Below are positions 1 through 9,322 of a DNA stretch of 64,000 nucleotides, one piece after another. Within the stretch, counting starts at the first letter, position 1. Each line of letters starts with the position of its first letter. The position numbers were made by a program, and so were the translations under genes. The DNA comes from an uncultured bacterium. Its GTDB lineage: Bacteria; Planctomycetota; UBA1135; UBA2386. The stretch is taken from the NCBI GenBank assembly GCA_937952215.1, contig CALFZH010000060.1:194464-258463 (forward strand). The letters are read 5' to 3'. The notes beneath the pieces are model-generated. The model did not search any database and had not been told where the DNA came from. It was given only the letters and a program-made list of their open reading frames with translations.

Positions 1-999
1 ATCATGCTCGACAACCCGTCGCAGTACAACTCCTACACCACCGAGATGGTGAAGGGAGTCATCCTCGGCATGCGCGCGGCGTCGAACGACCGCGGCTGCG
101 TCGCGGTGGTGTTCACCGGCAGCGGCGACAAGGCGTTCTGCACCGGCGGCAACACCGTCGAGTACGCCGAGTACTACGCCGGCCGTCCCGAGGAGTACCG
201 CCAGTACATGCGGCTGTTCAACGACATGGTCACGGCGATCCTGCACTGCGACAAGCCGGTGATCTGCCGCGTGAACGGCATGCGCATCGCGGGCGGCCAG
301 GAGATCGGCATGGCGTGCGACTTCTCGATCGCCAGCGACCTGGCGCGGTTCGGCCAGGCGGGCCCCAAGCACGGCAGCGCGCCGGACGGCGGCAGCACCG
401 ACTTCCTGCCGCTGTTCGTCGGCATGGAGAAGGCGATGGAGAGCTGCACGCTCTGCAACCACTGGAGCGCCCACAAGGCGCTGCGCATCGGTCTGCTCAC
501 CGATGTGGTGCCGGCCCTGAAGGTCGACGGCAAGTTCGTGGTCAACCCGACGGTGATCACGGACCGCTGGCTCGACGACAAGGGCCGCATCGTGCACGGC
601 GAGTTCAAGACGGGAGCGGAAGCGAAGGCCGGCAAGGAACTGCTGGCGCGCGGCACGGTCGACCTGTCGCTGCTCGACCAGGCCGTCGACGGCATGGTCA
701 CGTCGCTCGCGATGACGATGCCGGGCTGTCTCAGCAAGACCGTCGAGAGCGTGCGCAAGCACAAGCTTGCGCACTGGGACAAGAACCGCGAGACCAACCG
801 CGCCTGGCTCGGACTCAACATGATGACGGAGGGCCGCGCCGGCTTCCGCGCCTTCAACGAGGGCAACAAGGAGTGCCGCGAGCCCGACTTCCTGCTGCTG
901 CGCCAATTGCAGGCGCGGGGCGACGCCTGGGGCGAGCCGCTGACCGAGGCGATCCTGTGGCGTGCGCACGGCAGGGCAACCGCCGAAGCGAAGCAGTGA
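1..999 (+). CDS. oah: 6-oxocyclohex-1-ene-1-carbonyl-CoA hydrolase (Oah/BamA-type ring-cleaving crotonase), 5'-truncated by the window edge
   Basis: ORF 4..999 has a crotonase fold. It carries the BamA/Oah-like stretch NSYTTEMVKGVILGMR...FCTGGNTVEYAEYYAGRPEEYRQYMRLFNDMV and lies directly upstream of dch-bcrCBAD. Full-length proteins are about 380 aa, so the N-terminus lies outside the window. Confidence 0.8.
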   Translation: MMLDNPSQYNSYTTEMVKGVILGMRAASNDRGCVAVVFTGSGDKAFCTGGNTVEYAEYYAGRPEEYRQYMRLFNDMVTAILHCDKPVICRVNGMRIAGGQEIGMACDFSIASDLARFGQAGPKHGSAPDGGSTDFLPLFVGMEKAMESCTLCNHWSAHKALRIGLLTDVVPALKVDGKFVVNPTVITDRWLDDKGRIVHGEFKTGAEAKAGKELLARGTVDLSLLDQAVDGMVTSLAMTMPGCLSKTVESVRKHKLAHWDKNRETNRAWLGLNMMTEGRAGFRAFNEGNKECREPDFLLLRQLQARGDAWGEPLTEAILWRAHGRATAEAKQ

Positions 1000-1012
1000 C
1001 CGGAGGCCTGCC

Positions 1013-1789
1013 GTGACCGAGCCCGTCCCGTCCCCGTTGCGGATCGAGAAGCGCAGCGAGCACCTCTGGTTGCTGCGCCTCGACCGACCGAAGGCCAACG
1101 TCGTCGATGCGGCGATGACGCAGGCGCTCGACGCCGCGTTCGCTGCGGCCCGCCGCGCGCCAGCACTGCGCGCCATCGTGCTCAGCCATGCCGGCCCGCA
1201 CTTCTCGTTCGGCGCGTCGGTGCAGGAGCACCTGCCCGAACACGTCGCTGGCATGCTGCGCGCGTTCCACGGCCTGTTCCGCACCATCGCCGCGGCCGAA
1301 GTGCCGGTGTTGGCTGCCGTGCGCGGGCAATGCCTCGGTGGTGGCCTCGAACTGGTGACGTTCTGCCACCGCGTGTTCGCCGCGCCCGACGCCAAGCTCG
1401 GCCAGCCGGAGATCTCGCTCGGCGTGTTCGCGCCGGTTGCGTCGCTGCTGTTGGCCGCGCGCGCCGGGCGCGCCGCCGCCGAGGACCTGTGCTTGTCCGG
1501 CCGTTCACTCGGTGCCGAGGAGGCGCTGCGCGTCGGCGTCGTCGACCAGATCGCCGACGACCCCGAAGCCGCGGCGATCGCCTACGCCGAGCACCACCTG
1601 GGCCGGCATTCCGCCAGCAGCTTGCGCCATGCGGTGCGGGCGGTGCGAAGCCGGTTCCAGCGCGACTTCTTCGCCGACCTCGACGCGCTCGAACGCGCCT
1701 ACCTGCAGGAGCTGATGGCCACCGCCGACGCCAACGAGGGCATCCAGGCATTCCTGCAGAAACGCGCCCCGCAATGGAGGCATGCATGA
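1013..1789 (+). CDS. dch: enoyl-CoA hydratase family, probable cyclohexa-1,5-diene-1-carbonyl-CoA hydratase
   Basis: In ORF 962..1789 a GTG at 1013 is preceded by GGAGG. The N-terminus is crotonase-like (LWLLRLDRPKANVVDAAM...GGGLELV), and the roughly 258-aa size and position between oah and bcrC fit dch. The stop overlaps the bcrC ATG (ATGA). Confidence 0.65.
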   Translation: MTEPVPSPLRIEKRSEHLWLLRLDRPKANVVDAAMTQALDAAFAAARRAPALRAIVLSHAGPHFSFGASVQEHLPEHVAGMLRAFHGLFRTIAAAEVPVLAAVRGQCLGGGLELVTFCHRVFAAPDAKLGQPEISLGVFAPVASLLLAARAGRAAAEDLCLSGRSLGAEEALRVGVVDQIADDPEAAAIAYAEHHLGRHSASSLRHAVRAVRSRFQRDFFADLDALERAYLQELMATADANEGIQAFLQKRAPQWRHA

Positions 1790-2949
1790 CCCTCGACTCC
1801 CTGCTGCGACGCGCCGAGGATCTCTATCGCGACCTGCGGTTCACCGCCGTGCACGAATGGAAACGCCGCACCGGCGGGCTCGCGGTCGGCTTCCTGCCGG
1901 TCTACGTGCCGCGCGAGTTGCTGCACGCCATGGGGGTGTTGCCGGTCGGCGTGATGGGGGCGGGTGACGACCTCGAGATCATCCGCGGTGACGCCTACTA
2001 CCAGAGCTACATCTGCCACCTGCCGCGCAGCGTCATCGAGCTCGGCCTGAACGGCGCCCTCGATTGCCTCGACGGCATGCTGTTCCCGGCCACCTGCGAC
2101 GTGATCCGCAACTTGTCGGGCATGTGGATGATGCAGTTCCCGGGCAAGTACTCGCACTACCTCGATGTGCCGCAGGACTTCGCGCCGGACATCGGCGGCG
2201 CGTTCTACCGCCACGAGCTCGAGCAGATCGCCGAGGCGCTGACTGCCCGGGGCGCCCGCCCGCTGACCGCCGCGGCCCTGCGCGCGTCGATCGCCGCCTA
2301 CAACACCCACCGCGAACTGGTCGAGGGTCTCTACACGCTCCGCCAGCAGCAGCCGTGGTTGGTGCCCACCGGCGAACTCTACCTGCTGCTGCGCGCCGGC
2401 TGCGTGCTGCCGGTCGAGGAGCACACCGCGATGCTGCGCGAGTATCGCGCCGCCGTCGCGGCCGCCGCCGACCGCCGGCCGATGGACCAGGCGCGCGTGC
2501 TGCTCACGGGTTCGTTCTGCGAACAGCCGCCGCTCGGTCTGATCAAGACGCTGGAACGCTCCGGCTGCTACATCGTCGACGACGACTTCGTGCAGGTGCA
2601 TCGCTGGATCCGCGGGGCCGTGCGCGCCGATGGCGACGACCCGCTCGGCGACCTGGCGCTCGCCTACCTGCGCCAGGGCATGCCGAGCGCCATCCGCTAC
2701 ATCGACGACGGCAAGAAGGGCCAGGACCTGGTCGACCGCGTCGAGCACTCCGGCGCCGAGGGCGTCATCTTCTGCGCGCCGAGCTTCTGCGACCCGGCAC
2801 TGCTCGACCAACCGATGGCGACCGCTGCCGTCGAGCGCGCGGGCATCCCGTGGACGGCGTTCAAGTACGCGGAGAACACGGGCCAATTCCAGGTGATCCG
2901 CGAACAGGCCGGCACCTTCGCCGACTCGATCAAGCTTTGGAGCGAATGA
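1786..2949 (+). CDS. bcrC: benzoyl-CoA reductase subunit C (BcrC/BadD, HgdB family)
   Basis: An internal ATG at 1786 of ORF 1330..2949 gives MTLDSLLRRAEDLYRDL...GFLPVYVPRELLHAMGVLPVGV, typical of the BcrC/2-hydroxyacyl-CoA dehydratase D-component. The product is 387 aa and the stop has an ATGA overlap with bcrB. Confidence 0.85.
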   Translation: MTLDSLLRRAEDLYRDLRFTAVHEWKRRTGGLAVGFLPVYVPRELLHAMGVLPVGVMGAGDDLEIIRGDAYYQSYICHLPRSVIELGLNGALDCLDGMLFPATCDVIRNLSGMWMMQFPGKYSHYLDVPQDFAPDIGGAFYRHELEQIAEALTARGARPLTAAALRASIAAYNTHRELVEGLYTLRQQQPWLVPTGELYLLLRAGCVLPVEEHTAMLREYRAAVAAAADRRPMDQARVLLTGSFCEQPPLGLIKTLERSGCYIVDDDFVQVHRWIRGAVRADGDDPLGDLALAYLRQGMPSAIRYIDDGKKGQDLVDRVEHSGAEGVIFCAPSFCDPALLDQPMATAAVERAGIPWTAFKYAENTGQFQVIREQAGTFADSIKLWSE

Positions 2950-4250
2950 CCATGAGCAATCCCGTCGTCGCCGCCAGCGCCGCCGCCGCCGCCAAGGACA
3001 AGAGCCAGGAGCGGCAGAAGGCGATGATCGCCGACCACTTCCACAAGCTCGCGATGGCCCCCGACCTGGGCCAGAAGTGCGCCTACACGTTCGTGCCCGG
3101 CAACCTGACCGAGCTGCTCGGCTCATTCGGCGTGCTGCCGGTGTTGCCGGAGATCAACGCCCTGCAGTCGGGCATGCGCGGCAAGTCGCGCGACTACATC
3201 GGGCTCGCCGAGAAGCTCGGCCACAGCGAGGACGTCTGCACCTACGTCAAGTGCGACATCGGCATGCTGAAGTCGGGCAACGTCGGGCCGACCGGCGAAC
3301 GGCTGCCGAAGCCGGATCTGCTGCTGCTGTCGTACACGGGCTGCTTCACGTTCCTGAAGTGGTTCGAGCTGTTGGCGCAGGAGTACGACTGCCCGTGCGT
3401 GATGCTGCACGTGCCCTACCAGGGCGATGGCGTCATCACCGACTCGATGCGCCGCTACGTGGTCGACCAGCTGCGGAAGAAGGTGATCCCGGCGCTGGAG
3501 AGGATCTCCGGCCGCGCCTACGACGAGGACCTGCTGAAGCGGCAGCTGGCGCTGTCGGCGAAGGCCGAGGACGACCTGGTCTGGGTGCTGGAGAGCGGCA
3601 AGAGGCGGCCGTCGCCGATCGACGCCTACTTCGGCGGCGTCTACTACATCGGTCCGATCTTCACCGCCTTCCGGGGAACCCAGGAGGCGATCGACTACTA
3701 CCAGGAACTGCGCGGCGAGATCGAAGACCGCATTCGCCAGGGCAAGGGGCCGATCATCCCGGACGGCGAGCTGCAGGAGGAGAAGTACCGCGTGGTCGTC
3801 GAGGGCCCGCCGAACTGGACCAGCTTCCGCCAGTTCTGGCAGATGTTCACCGACGAGGGCGCGGTGGTCGTGGCCTCGACCTACACCAAGGTCGGCGGTG
3901 TCTACGACAACGGCTTCCGCCACGACCCGAGCCGTCCGTTGGAGTCGCTCGCCGACTACTGCATGGGCTGCTACACGAACCTGAACCTGCCGACGCGTGT
4001 CGCCATGCTGGCGAAGTACGTGAAGGAGTACTCGGCCGACGGCTTCCTGATCAACTCGGTGAAGAGCTGCAATTCGTTCAGTGCCGGCCAACTGATGATC
4101 CTGCGCGAAGTCGAGCAGCGCACCGGCCGGCCGGGCGGGTTCATCGAGAGCGACCTGGTCGATCCGCGCTACTTCTCGGCGTCGAACATCAAGAACCGCC
4201 TCGAGTCCTACTTCCAGATGATCGCGCAGAAGCGTGCGGGAGGCAGCTGA
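2946..4250 (+). CDS. bcrB: benzoyl-CoA reductase subunit B (BcrB/BadE)
   Basis: An internal ATG at 2946 of ORF 2064..4250 gives MTMSNPVV...CAYTFVPGNLTELLGSFGVLPVLPEINALQ...SVKSCNSFSAGQLMILREVE. The product is 434 aa and follows the gene order bcrCBAD. Confidence 0.85.
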   Translation: MTMSNPVVAASAAAAAKDKSQERQKAMIADHFHKLAMAPDLGQKCAYTFVPGNLTELLGSFGVLPVLPEINALQSGMRGKSRDYIGLAEKLGHSEDVCTYVKCDIGMLKSGNVGPTGERLPKPDLLLLSYTGCFTFLKWFELLAQEYDCPCVMLHVPYQGDGVITDSMRRYVVDQLRKKVIPALERISGRAYDEDLLKRQLALSAKAEDDLVWVLESGKRRPSPIDAYFGGVYYIGPIFTAFRGTQEAIDYYQELRGEIEDRIRQGKGPIIPDGELQEEKYRVVVEGPPNWTSFRQFWQMFTDEGAVVVASTYTKVGGVYDNGFRHDPSRPLESLADYCMGCYTNLNLPTRVAMLAKYVKEYSADGFLINSVKSCNSFSAGQLMILREVEQRTGRPGGFIESDLVDPRYFSASNIKNRLESYFQMIAQKRAGGS

Positions 4251-4251
4251 C

Positions 4252-5568
4252 ATGCGCATCGAGTTCTGCGTCGGCATCGACCTCGGTTCGACCACCACCA
4301 AGGCGGTCGTGCTCGACCCGGACCGCAAGGTGCTCGGACGCGGCATCACCAACAGCCGCAGCAACTACGACGTCGCTTGCAGGGTGTCGCTCGGCGAAGC
4401 GCTGATCAACGCGCGCTTCGCGCTGATCGACGGCCGGCTGGCCGCGGCCGCCGTGGCGCCAGACGAACGCCAGCGGCTGCTGCAGGCCTTCGAGCTGCGT
4501 TTCCGCGAGCAGCAGTATCGCAGCCAGTTGCGCGCGCTGGGCGAGCGCCTGCACCACCATGCCCGCCAGCAGGCGCTCGGGACGAGCACCGGGAAGGCGC
4601 TCGACACGATCCTCGGCCGCATGACCGACGAAGCTGGCGAACTGTTCCAGGTCGGCAGCTCACGCAAGAGCGACTTCTTCCGCGACCTCGCCGGCAGCCG
4701 TTACGTCGGACTCGCCGAGGGCCTGGCCCGCGACGGGCAGCACGCCTTCGACCCGCTGGTCGGCTTGTTCGACAAGGCGATCCTCGAGACCGAGAACTCG
4801 ACCGAAGCGGTCGGCACCTTTGCCGAGCATGCGCGGCAGGCGATGGTGGCGATGCGGGCGGGGGCGCTGCAGCAGGCCGTCGACGCGGTGGCGGCGATCG
4901 ATCTCGTGCAGCGGCTGTGCGTCGGCACCGGCTATGGGCGACAGCGGTTGCCGTTCCCGGAGAAGCTGATCCGCAGCGAGATCCTCTGCCACGGGCTCGG
5001 CGCGCACACCATGTTCCCTCGTACGCGCACCGTGCTCGACATCGGCGGCCAGGACACGAAGGCGATCCAGATCGACGAGCAGGGCATCGTCACCAGCTTC
5101 CAGATGAACGATCGCTGCGCGGCTGGCTGTGGTCGTTACCTCGGCTACATCGCCGACGAGATGAACCTCGGCCTGCACGAACTCGGTCCGATGGCCGGCA
5201 AGGCGTGCCGCACGGTGCGCATCAACTCGACCTGCACCGTGTTCGCCGGCGCCGAGCTGCGCGAACGGCTGTCGCTCGGCGAGAAGCGCGAGGACATCCT
5301 GAGCGGTCTGCACCGCGCGATCGTCCTGCGGGCGATGTCGCTGTTGGCGCGTTCGGGCGGCGTGCACGACGAGTTCACCTTCACCGGCGGCGTGGCCAAG
5401 AACACCGCCGCCGTGAAGGCGCTGCGCGATCTCGTCGCCGAGAACTACGGCGCGCGCACACTCAACATCTCGCCGGATTCGATCTACACCGGGGCGCTGG
5501 GCGCGGCGACGTTCGCCTGGCGCGAGGTGCAGCGGCAACAGGAAGAAGCCGTGGAGGTGGCATCGTGA
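4252..5568 (+). CDS. bcrA: benzoyl-CoA reductase subunit A (BcrA/BadF, ATPase)
   Basis: MRIEFCVGIDLGSTTTKAVVLD (acetate/sugar-kinase-like BcrAD_BadFG ATPase fold) plus IGGQDTKAIQIDEQG...NDRCAAGCGRYL. A GGGAGG lies upstream of the ATG at 4252. Confidence 0.85.
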   Translation: MRIEFCVGIDLGSTTTKAVVLDPDRKVLGRGITNSRSNYDVACRVSLGEALINARFALIDGRLAAAAVAPDERQRLLQAFELRFREQQYRSQLRALGERLHHHARQQALGTSTGKALDTILGRMTDEAGELFQVGSSRKSDFFRDLAGSRYVGLAEGLARDGQHAFDPLVGLFDKAILETENSTEAVGTFAEHARQAMVAMRAGALQQAVDAVAAIDLVQRLCVGTGYGRQRLPFPEKLIRSEILCHGLGAHTMFPRTRTVLDIGGQDTKAIQIDEQGIVTSFQMNDRCAAGCGRYLGYIADEMNLGLHELGPMAGKACRTVRINSTCTVFAGAELRERLSLGEKREDILSGLHRAIVLRAMSLLARSGGVHDEFTFTGGVAKNTAAVKALRDLVAENYGARTLNISPDSIYTGALGAATFAWREVQRQQEEAVEVAS

Positions 5569-6431
5569 AGCCCGACGAACCGTTGTGGGCGGCCGGCATC
5601 GACGTCGGCAGTTCCTCGATCAAGGTGGCGATCCTGCAGGACCGTGGACCGGCGGGAGCGACCTTGACCGCCCGGGTGGTCGAGCGGCTGCGCCGGCGCG
5701 ACCCGTTGCAGGTCGTCGAGGGGGCCCTGCAGCAGGCGCTGCAGGCCGCCGGCCTGCGCCGCGGGCAAATCGACTACGTCGCCACGACCGGCGAAGGCGA
5801 GAAGGTCGAGGACCGCACCGGCCATTTCTACGGCATGACCACGCATGCGCGCGGCGGCCTGTTCCTGGACCCGGCGGTACGGGCGGTCGTCGACATCGGC
5901 GCCCTGCATGCGCGCGCGGTGCTGATGGACGACCGCGCCAAGGTGCTCGGCCACCGCATGACCAGCCAGTGCGCGTCGGGTTCGGGGCAGTTCCTCGAGA
6001 ACATCTGCCGCTACCTCGGCGTCACCATCGACGAGATCGGGCCGCTGTCGCTGACCGCCGACAAGCCGGAGACGTGTTCGTCGATCTGCGCGGTGTTGGC
6101 CGAGACCGACGTCATCAACATGGTGTCGCGCGGCATCTCGATCCCGAACATCCTGAAGGGCATCCACCTGTCGATGGCTGGCCGCTACGTGAAGCTGCTG
6201 ACGTCCGCCGGGGCTCGTGGGCCGGTGCTGGTCACCGGCGGTCTGTCGCGTGACCGCGGCCTGCTGCGGGCGATGACCGAGTCGGCGGCCGAACAGAAGG
6301 TCGCGATCGAAGTGCGGAGCCACGACGACTCGGTGCTGGCCGGCGCGATCGGCGCCGCGTTGTGGGGCGCGTTCCGCGCGCGCAAGCTCGCGGCGAAGGG
6401 CGTGCCGCTCACCACCGGAGTCGCCCGATGA
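5565..6431 (+). CDS. bcrD: benzoyl-CoA reductase subunit D (BcrD/BadG, ATPase)
   Basis: A GTG at 5565 overlaps the bcrA stop (GTGA). The sequence WAAGIDVGSSSIKVAILQD...SQCASGSGQFLENICRYLG is the second BcrAD_BadFG ATPase. The product is 288 aa. Confidence 0.85.
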   Translation: MKPDEPLWAAGIDVGSSSIKVAILQDRGPAGATLTARVVERLRRRDPLQVVEGALQQALQAAGLRRGQIDYVATTGEGEKVEDRTGHFYGMTTHARGGLFLDPAVRAVVDIGALHARAVLMDDRAKVLGHRMTSQCASGSGQFLENICRYLGVTIDEIGPLSLTADKPETCSSICAVLAETDVINMVSRGISIPNILKGIHLSMAGRYVKLLTSAGARGPVLVTGGLSRDRGLLRAMTESAAEQKVAIEVRSHDDSVLAGAIGAALWGAFRARKLAAKGVPLTTGVAR

Positions 6432-7150
6432 CGACCGCCGTGGCCTTGTCGCTGGCGGGCCGCACCGCGGTGGTCAGCGGCGGCAGCGGCGGCATCGGGC
6501 GCGCCGTCGTGACGCTGCTGCAGCAGGCCGGCGCCGCGGTGGTCAGCATCGACCGCGACGGCGCTCCGCCGGTGGGCGGCGCCATGAACCTCTGCGCCGA
6601 CCTCGGTGACCCCGCGTCGGTCGCGGCCCTCGAGCCGCGACTACCGCCCGTCGTGCATGCGTTCGTCCATTGCGCGGGCATCACTCGCGACGGCGTCGCC
6701 TGGAAGTTGCCCGTGGCGGACTGGGAGACCGTTCTGCGCACCAACCTCGACAGCGCGTTCCACTTGACGCGCCTGCTGACGCCGCGCCTGCGTCGCACCG
6801 TCGACGGCAGCGTCGTGCTGCTGGCATCGATCAACGGCGAACGCGGCAAGTTCGGCCAGTCGAACTACGCCGCCAGCAAGGCCGGCTTGATCGGTTTCGG
6901 CCGCAGCCTCGCGCGCGAACTCGGCGCCTTCGGCATCCGCGTCAACAGCATCGCCCCGGGTTGGATCGAGACGCCGATGACGGCCACCTTGCCCGACGAA
7001 CACCGCCAGCGCGCGCTGGCCGAGACCGCCCTCGGTCGCCTCGGCCGTCCCGAGGACGTCGCCGGCGCCGTGCTGTTCCTCTGCTCCCCGTTCGCCGCCC
7101 ACGTGACCGGCCAGGTGCTGCGCGTGGACGGCGGCCAGCTCACCGCCTGA
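6428..7150 (+). CDS. short-chain dehydrogenase/reductase (FabG-like)
   Basis: The ATG at 6428 overlaps the bcrD stop (ATGA). The sequence has TAVVSGGSGGIGRA (TGxxxGxG), a YAASKAG catalytic Y-x3-K, and a C-terminal GQVLRVDGG. Confidence 0.8.
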   Translation: MTTAVALSLAGRTAVVSGGSGGIGRAVVTLLQQAGAAVVSIDRDGAPPVGGAMNLCADLGDPASVAALEPRLPPVVHAFVHCAGITRDGVAWKLPVADWETVLRTNLDSAFHLTRLLTPRLRRTVDGSVVLLASINGERGKFGQSNYAASKAGLIGFGRSLARELGAFGIRVNSIAPGWIETPMTATLPDEHRQRALAETALGRLGRPEDVAGAVLFLCSPFAAHVTGQVLRVDGGQLTA

Positions 7151-7162
7151 CCAGGAAGGCCC

Positions 7163-7618
7163 ATGGATCTCGAACACGACCCCGTGCTGGTGCGCAACCT
7201 GCGCCCCCGCGACCTCGACGCCGTGATCCTGCTCGACAGCAAGATCACCGGCCGCAAGCGAACCGAATACTTCAAGACCAAGCTCGCCCAGGCCCTGTCC
7301 GACACCGGCATCCAGGTCTCGCTGGCGGCCGAAGTCGACGGCCAGTTCGTCGGCTTCCTGTTGGCGCGCGTCTACTACGGCGAGTTCGGCGCCACCGAGC
7401 AGAGCGCGGTGCTCGACACGATCGGCGTCAACCCGAACGTGCGCGGCAAGGGCGTGGGCCGCGCCCTGCTCGATCAACTGCGCGGCAACCTGATCGGTCT
7501 CGGCATCCGCGCGCTGCAAACGGAAGTCGGTTGGCGGGACCTGGACCTGCTGGCGTTCTTCCAGCGCAGCGGCTTCCAGCCGTCCGGCCGCCTCTGCCTC
7601 GACCTGCCGTTGAGCTGA
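7163..7618 (+). CDS. GNAT family N-acetyltransferase
   Basis: 151 aa. NPNVRGKGVGRALLDQL matches the acetyl-CoA-binding R/Q-x-x-G-x-G/A motif. Confidence 0.7.
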   Translation: MDLEHDPVLVRNLRPRDLDAVILLDSKITGRKRTEYFKTKLAQALSDTGIQVSLAAEVDGQFVGFLLARVYYGEFGATEQSAVLDTIGVNPNVRGKGVGRALLDQLRGNLIGLGIRALQTEVGWRDLDLLAFFQRSGFQPSGRLCLDLPLS

Positions 7619-7702
7619 CGAGGCGCCTCGCCGACGAAGCCAGCGCACCGCGTCGCTTGCGGCGGTGCACTGCGCGCAGGCTTCCCGGGACGGATCCCTT
7701 GG

Positions 7703-7771
7703 CTGTGCTCGGGCCGAGGACTCCCTGCGGTCGGGTCGTGGAACAGTGCGCCCTCGACCCGCCGAGCACAG
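7703..7771. terminator. nested GC-rich inverted repeat between convergent genes
   Basis: CTGTGCTCGG (7703-7712) pairs with CCGAGCACAG (7762-7771). An inner CGGGTCG (7732-7738) pairs with CGACCCG (7755-7761). The repeat lies immediately 3' of the minus-strand stop at 7772. Confidence 0.3.
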
Positions 7772-9094
7772 TCAAGAGATCAGTCTCCAGGCCACCCGGT
7801 ATCGCCAGGCGGCGCGAGCCAACCATGCGAACAGGACGGCGAAGTCCGCTGCCAGCAGCAACCCTGCGCCCGTGGTGAGGGTCGGCAGGAACGTCGCGGC
7901 AACCAGTGCCACGCCGGCCGCCAGGTGCAACCCGACCTGGGCATGGGCGATGCGGTCGGACAGGAAGTGCGCCATCGCGGGCACCTGGCCGGCCGGCTTG
8001 CCGGCGTGGACCGCCGCGCGTTGCAGGTGCAGGAAGGCCAGGAAGGGCACGATCTTGGTGAGCATGCCGATCAGGATCGTGCCGAGGCCACCGACGCCGA
8101 ACAGCACGCCGACGGGCAGTTCGACGACGAACCACCAGCCGACGGTCGAGGCGCTGGGCCAGCCGGCTGCCACGGCCACGACCACCAGGGCGACGACGAT
8201 CGCCGACAGCCCGCCCTGCCAGGCCAGCACCGCGGCATCGCGCCGGCGCCGGCGCCGGCGCCGCAGCAAGTCCAGACCGGCCAACGCGAACCCACCGGCA
8301 GCCAACGCCAGGATCACACAGCCGATGGCCGACCATGGTCGCGGCAACACCATCAGCACCAGCGCCAGCACGTGCAGCCTGGGCAGCCATTGCGCCACGC
8401 GAGCAGCGAACGGCGGCGTGACGTGGAACATCGGCAGCACCTGCTGGGCCACGCCGAAGATCAGCAGCAATCCGAGACCCGCGCCCGCCCAGGCCGCATG
8501 CACGTTGGTCCAGGTCCGGTACGCGAACTGCACCGCCGGCCAGGCGGACGCGGCCGCCATCCAGATCCCGAGCCCGATCCCGGCGACGCCGGCGAGCAAG
8601 GCGAGGCGAATCGGTCGCAGGGCCGGGGCGCGACTGCGCGCGACGCGCACGGCCACCGCGCTGCCCAAGAGCAGGCCGGCGACTCCGAGCAGCACGACGG
8701 CGCCCTGGAGCCAGTTCGGTGACTGGCTTCCGAGTCCGACTGCAAGGCACGCGGTGCCACCGGCCAACGCCGGATGCACCAGGTGCGCCAGGAGCCTGGC
8801 GCGCGGCAGGCCGCCACCACCGAGCACCGGCACGACCTGGAACAGGGCGCCCGCCATCACCATGCCCAACACGCCCAGGGTCATGAGGTGCGTCACGGCG
8901 AGGAACTGGGGCATCCACCGCGAGCTCACGGCCGGCGCCCCCGACCAGGCCAACAGCCCGCCGCCGACGACGCCGAACAAGGCGGCCGTCAGGAAGAAAC
9001 GCAACGGCACCGAGAACGGCGGCAAGCCATCCGCACTCGGGCCACGCCCGACTCCCTCGAGCGCGACCGCGGCTGCCAACGGCAGGGGCATCAT
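7772..9094 (-). CDS. polytopic inner-membrane protein, tentatively NnrS-like
   Basis: An internal ATG at 9094 of ORF 7772..9319 overlaps the DUF2249 stop (ATGA). The product is about 441 aa with about 12 hydrophobic segments. The N-terminus VPLRFFLTAALFGVVGG resembles the NnrS FRPFFL start, and the genomic context is hemerythrin plus DUF2249. Confidence 0.45.
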   Translation of the reverse strand: MMPLPLAAAVALEGVGRGPSADGLPPFSVPLRFFLTAALFGVVGGGLLAWSGAPAVSSRWMPQFLAVTHLMTLGVLGMVMAGALFQVVPVLGGGGLPRARLLAHLVHPALAGGTACLAVGLGSQSPNWLQGAVVLLGVAGLLLGSAVAVRVARSRAPALRPIRLALLAGVAGIGLGIWMAAASAWPAVQFAYRTWTNVHAAWAGAGLGLLLIFGVAQQVLPMFHVTPPFAARVAQWLPRLHVLALVLMVLPRPWSAIGCVILALAAGGFALAGLDLLRRRRRRRRDAAVLAWQGGLSAIVVALVVVAVAAGWPSASTVGWWFVVELPVGVLFGVGGLGTILIGMLTKIVPFLAFLHLQRAAVHAGKPAGQVPAMAHFLSDRIAHAQVGLHLAAGVALVAATFLPTLTTGAGLLLAADFAVLFAWLARAAWRYRVAWRLIS

Positions 9095-9321
9095 GGCGCC
9101 TGCCGCGGTCGCCGGCGGATCACGATCCGGAAGTCGCCTTCGAGCCGTTCGACGTGGTGGGTGAACCCGAGGTCGGCGAGAACGTCGTAGAGCGGGAAGG
9201 GCTCGCGACGATGCAGCAGCACCAGTTCGTCGTCGCCGCCGAGTTCGGCGATCGCCTGCAACGCAACCTCGAACGGACCCGGCGGGGCCAGTTCCCGGAC
9301 ATCGATCGTCTTCGTGCACAC
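9091..9321 (-). CDS. DUF2249 domain protein
   Basis: 76 aa. IDVRELAPPGPFEVALQAIAELGGDDELVLLHRREPFPLYDVL fits the DUF2249 pattern. Confidence 0.7.
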   Translation of the reverse strand: MCTKTIDVRELAPPGPFEVALQAIAELGGDDELVLLHRREPFPLYDVLADLGFTHHVERLEGDFRIVIRRRPRQAP

Positions 9322-9322
9322 G

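Noticed and set aside
4-6. The ATG at position 4 as the true start of the Oah/BamA-like gene.
   Set aside because: Full-length Oah/BamA proteins are about 50 aa longer, and the frame is open to the window edge. It is called as a 5'-truncated gene.
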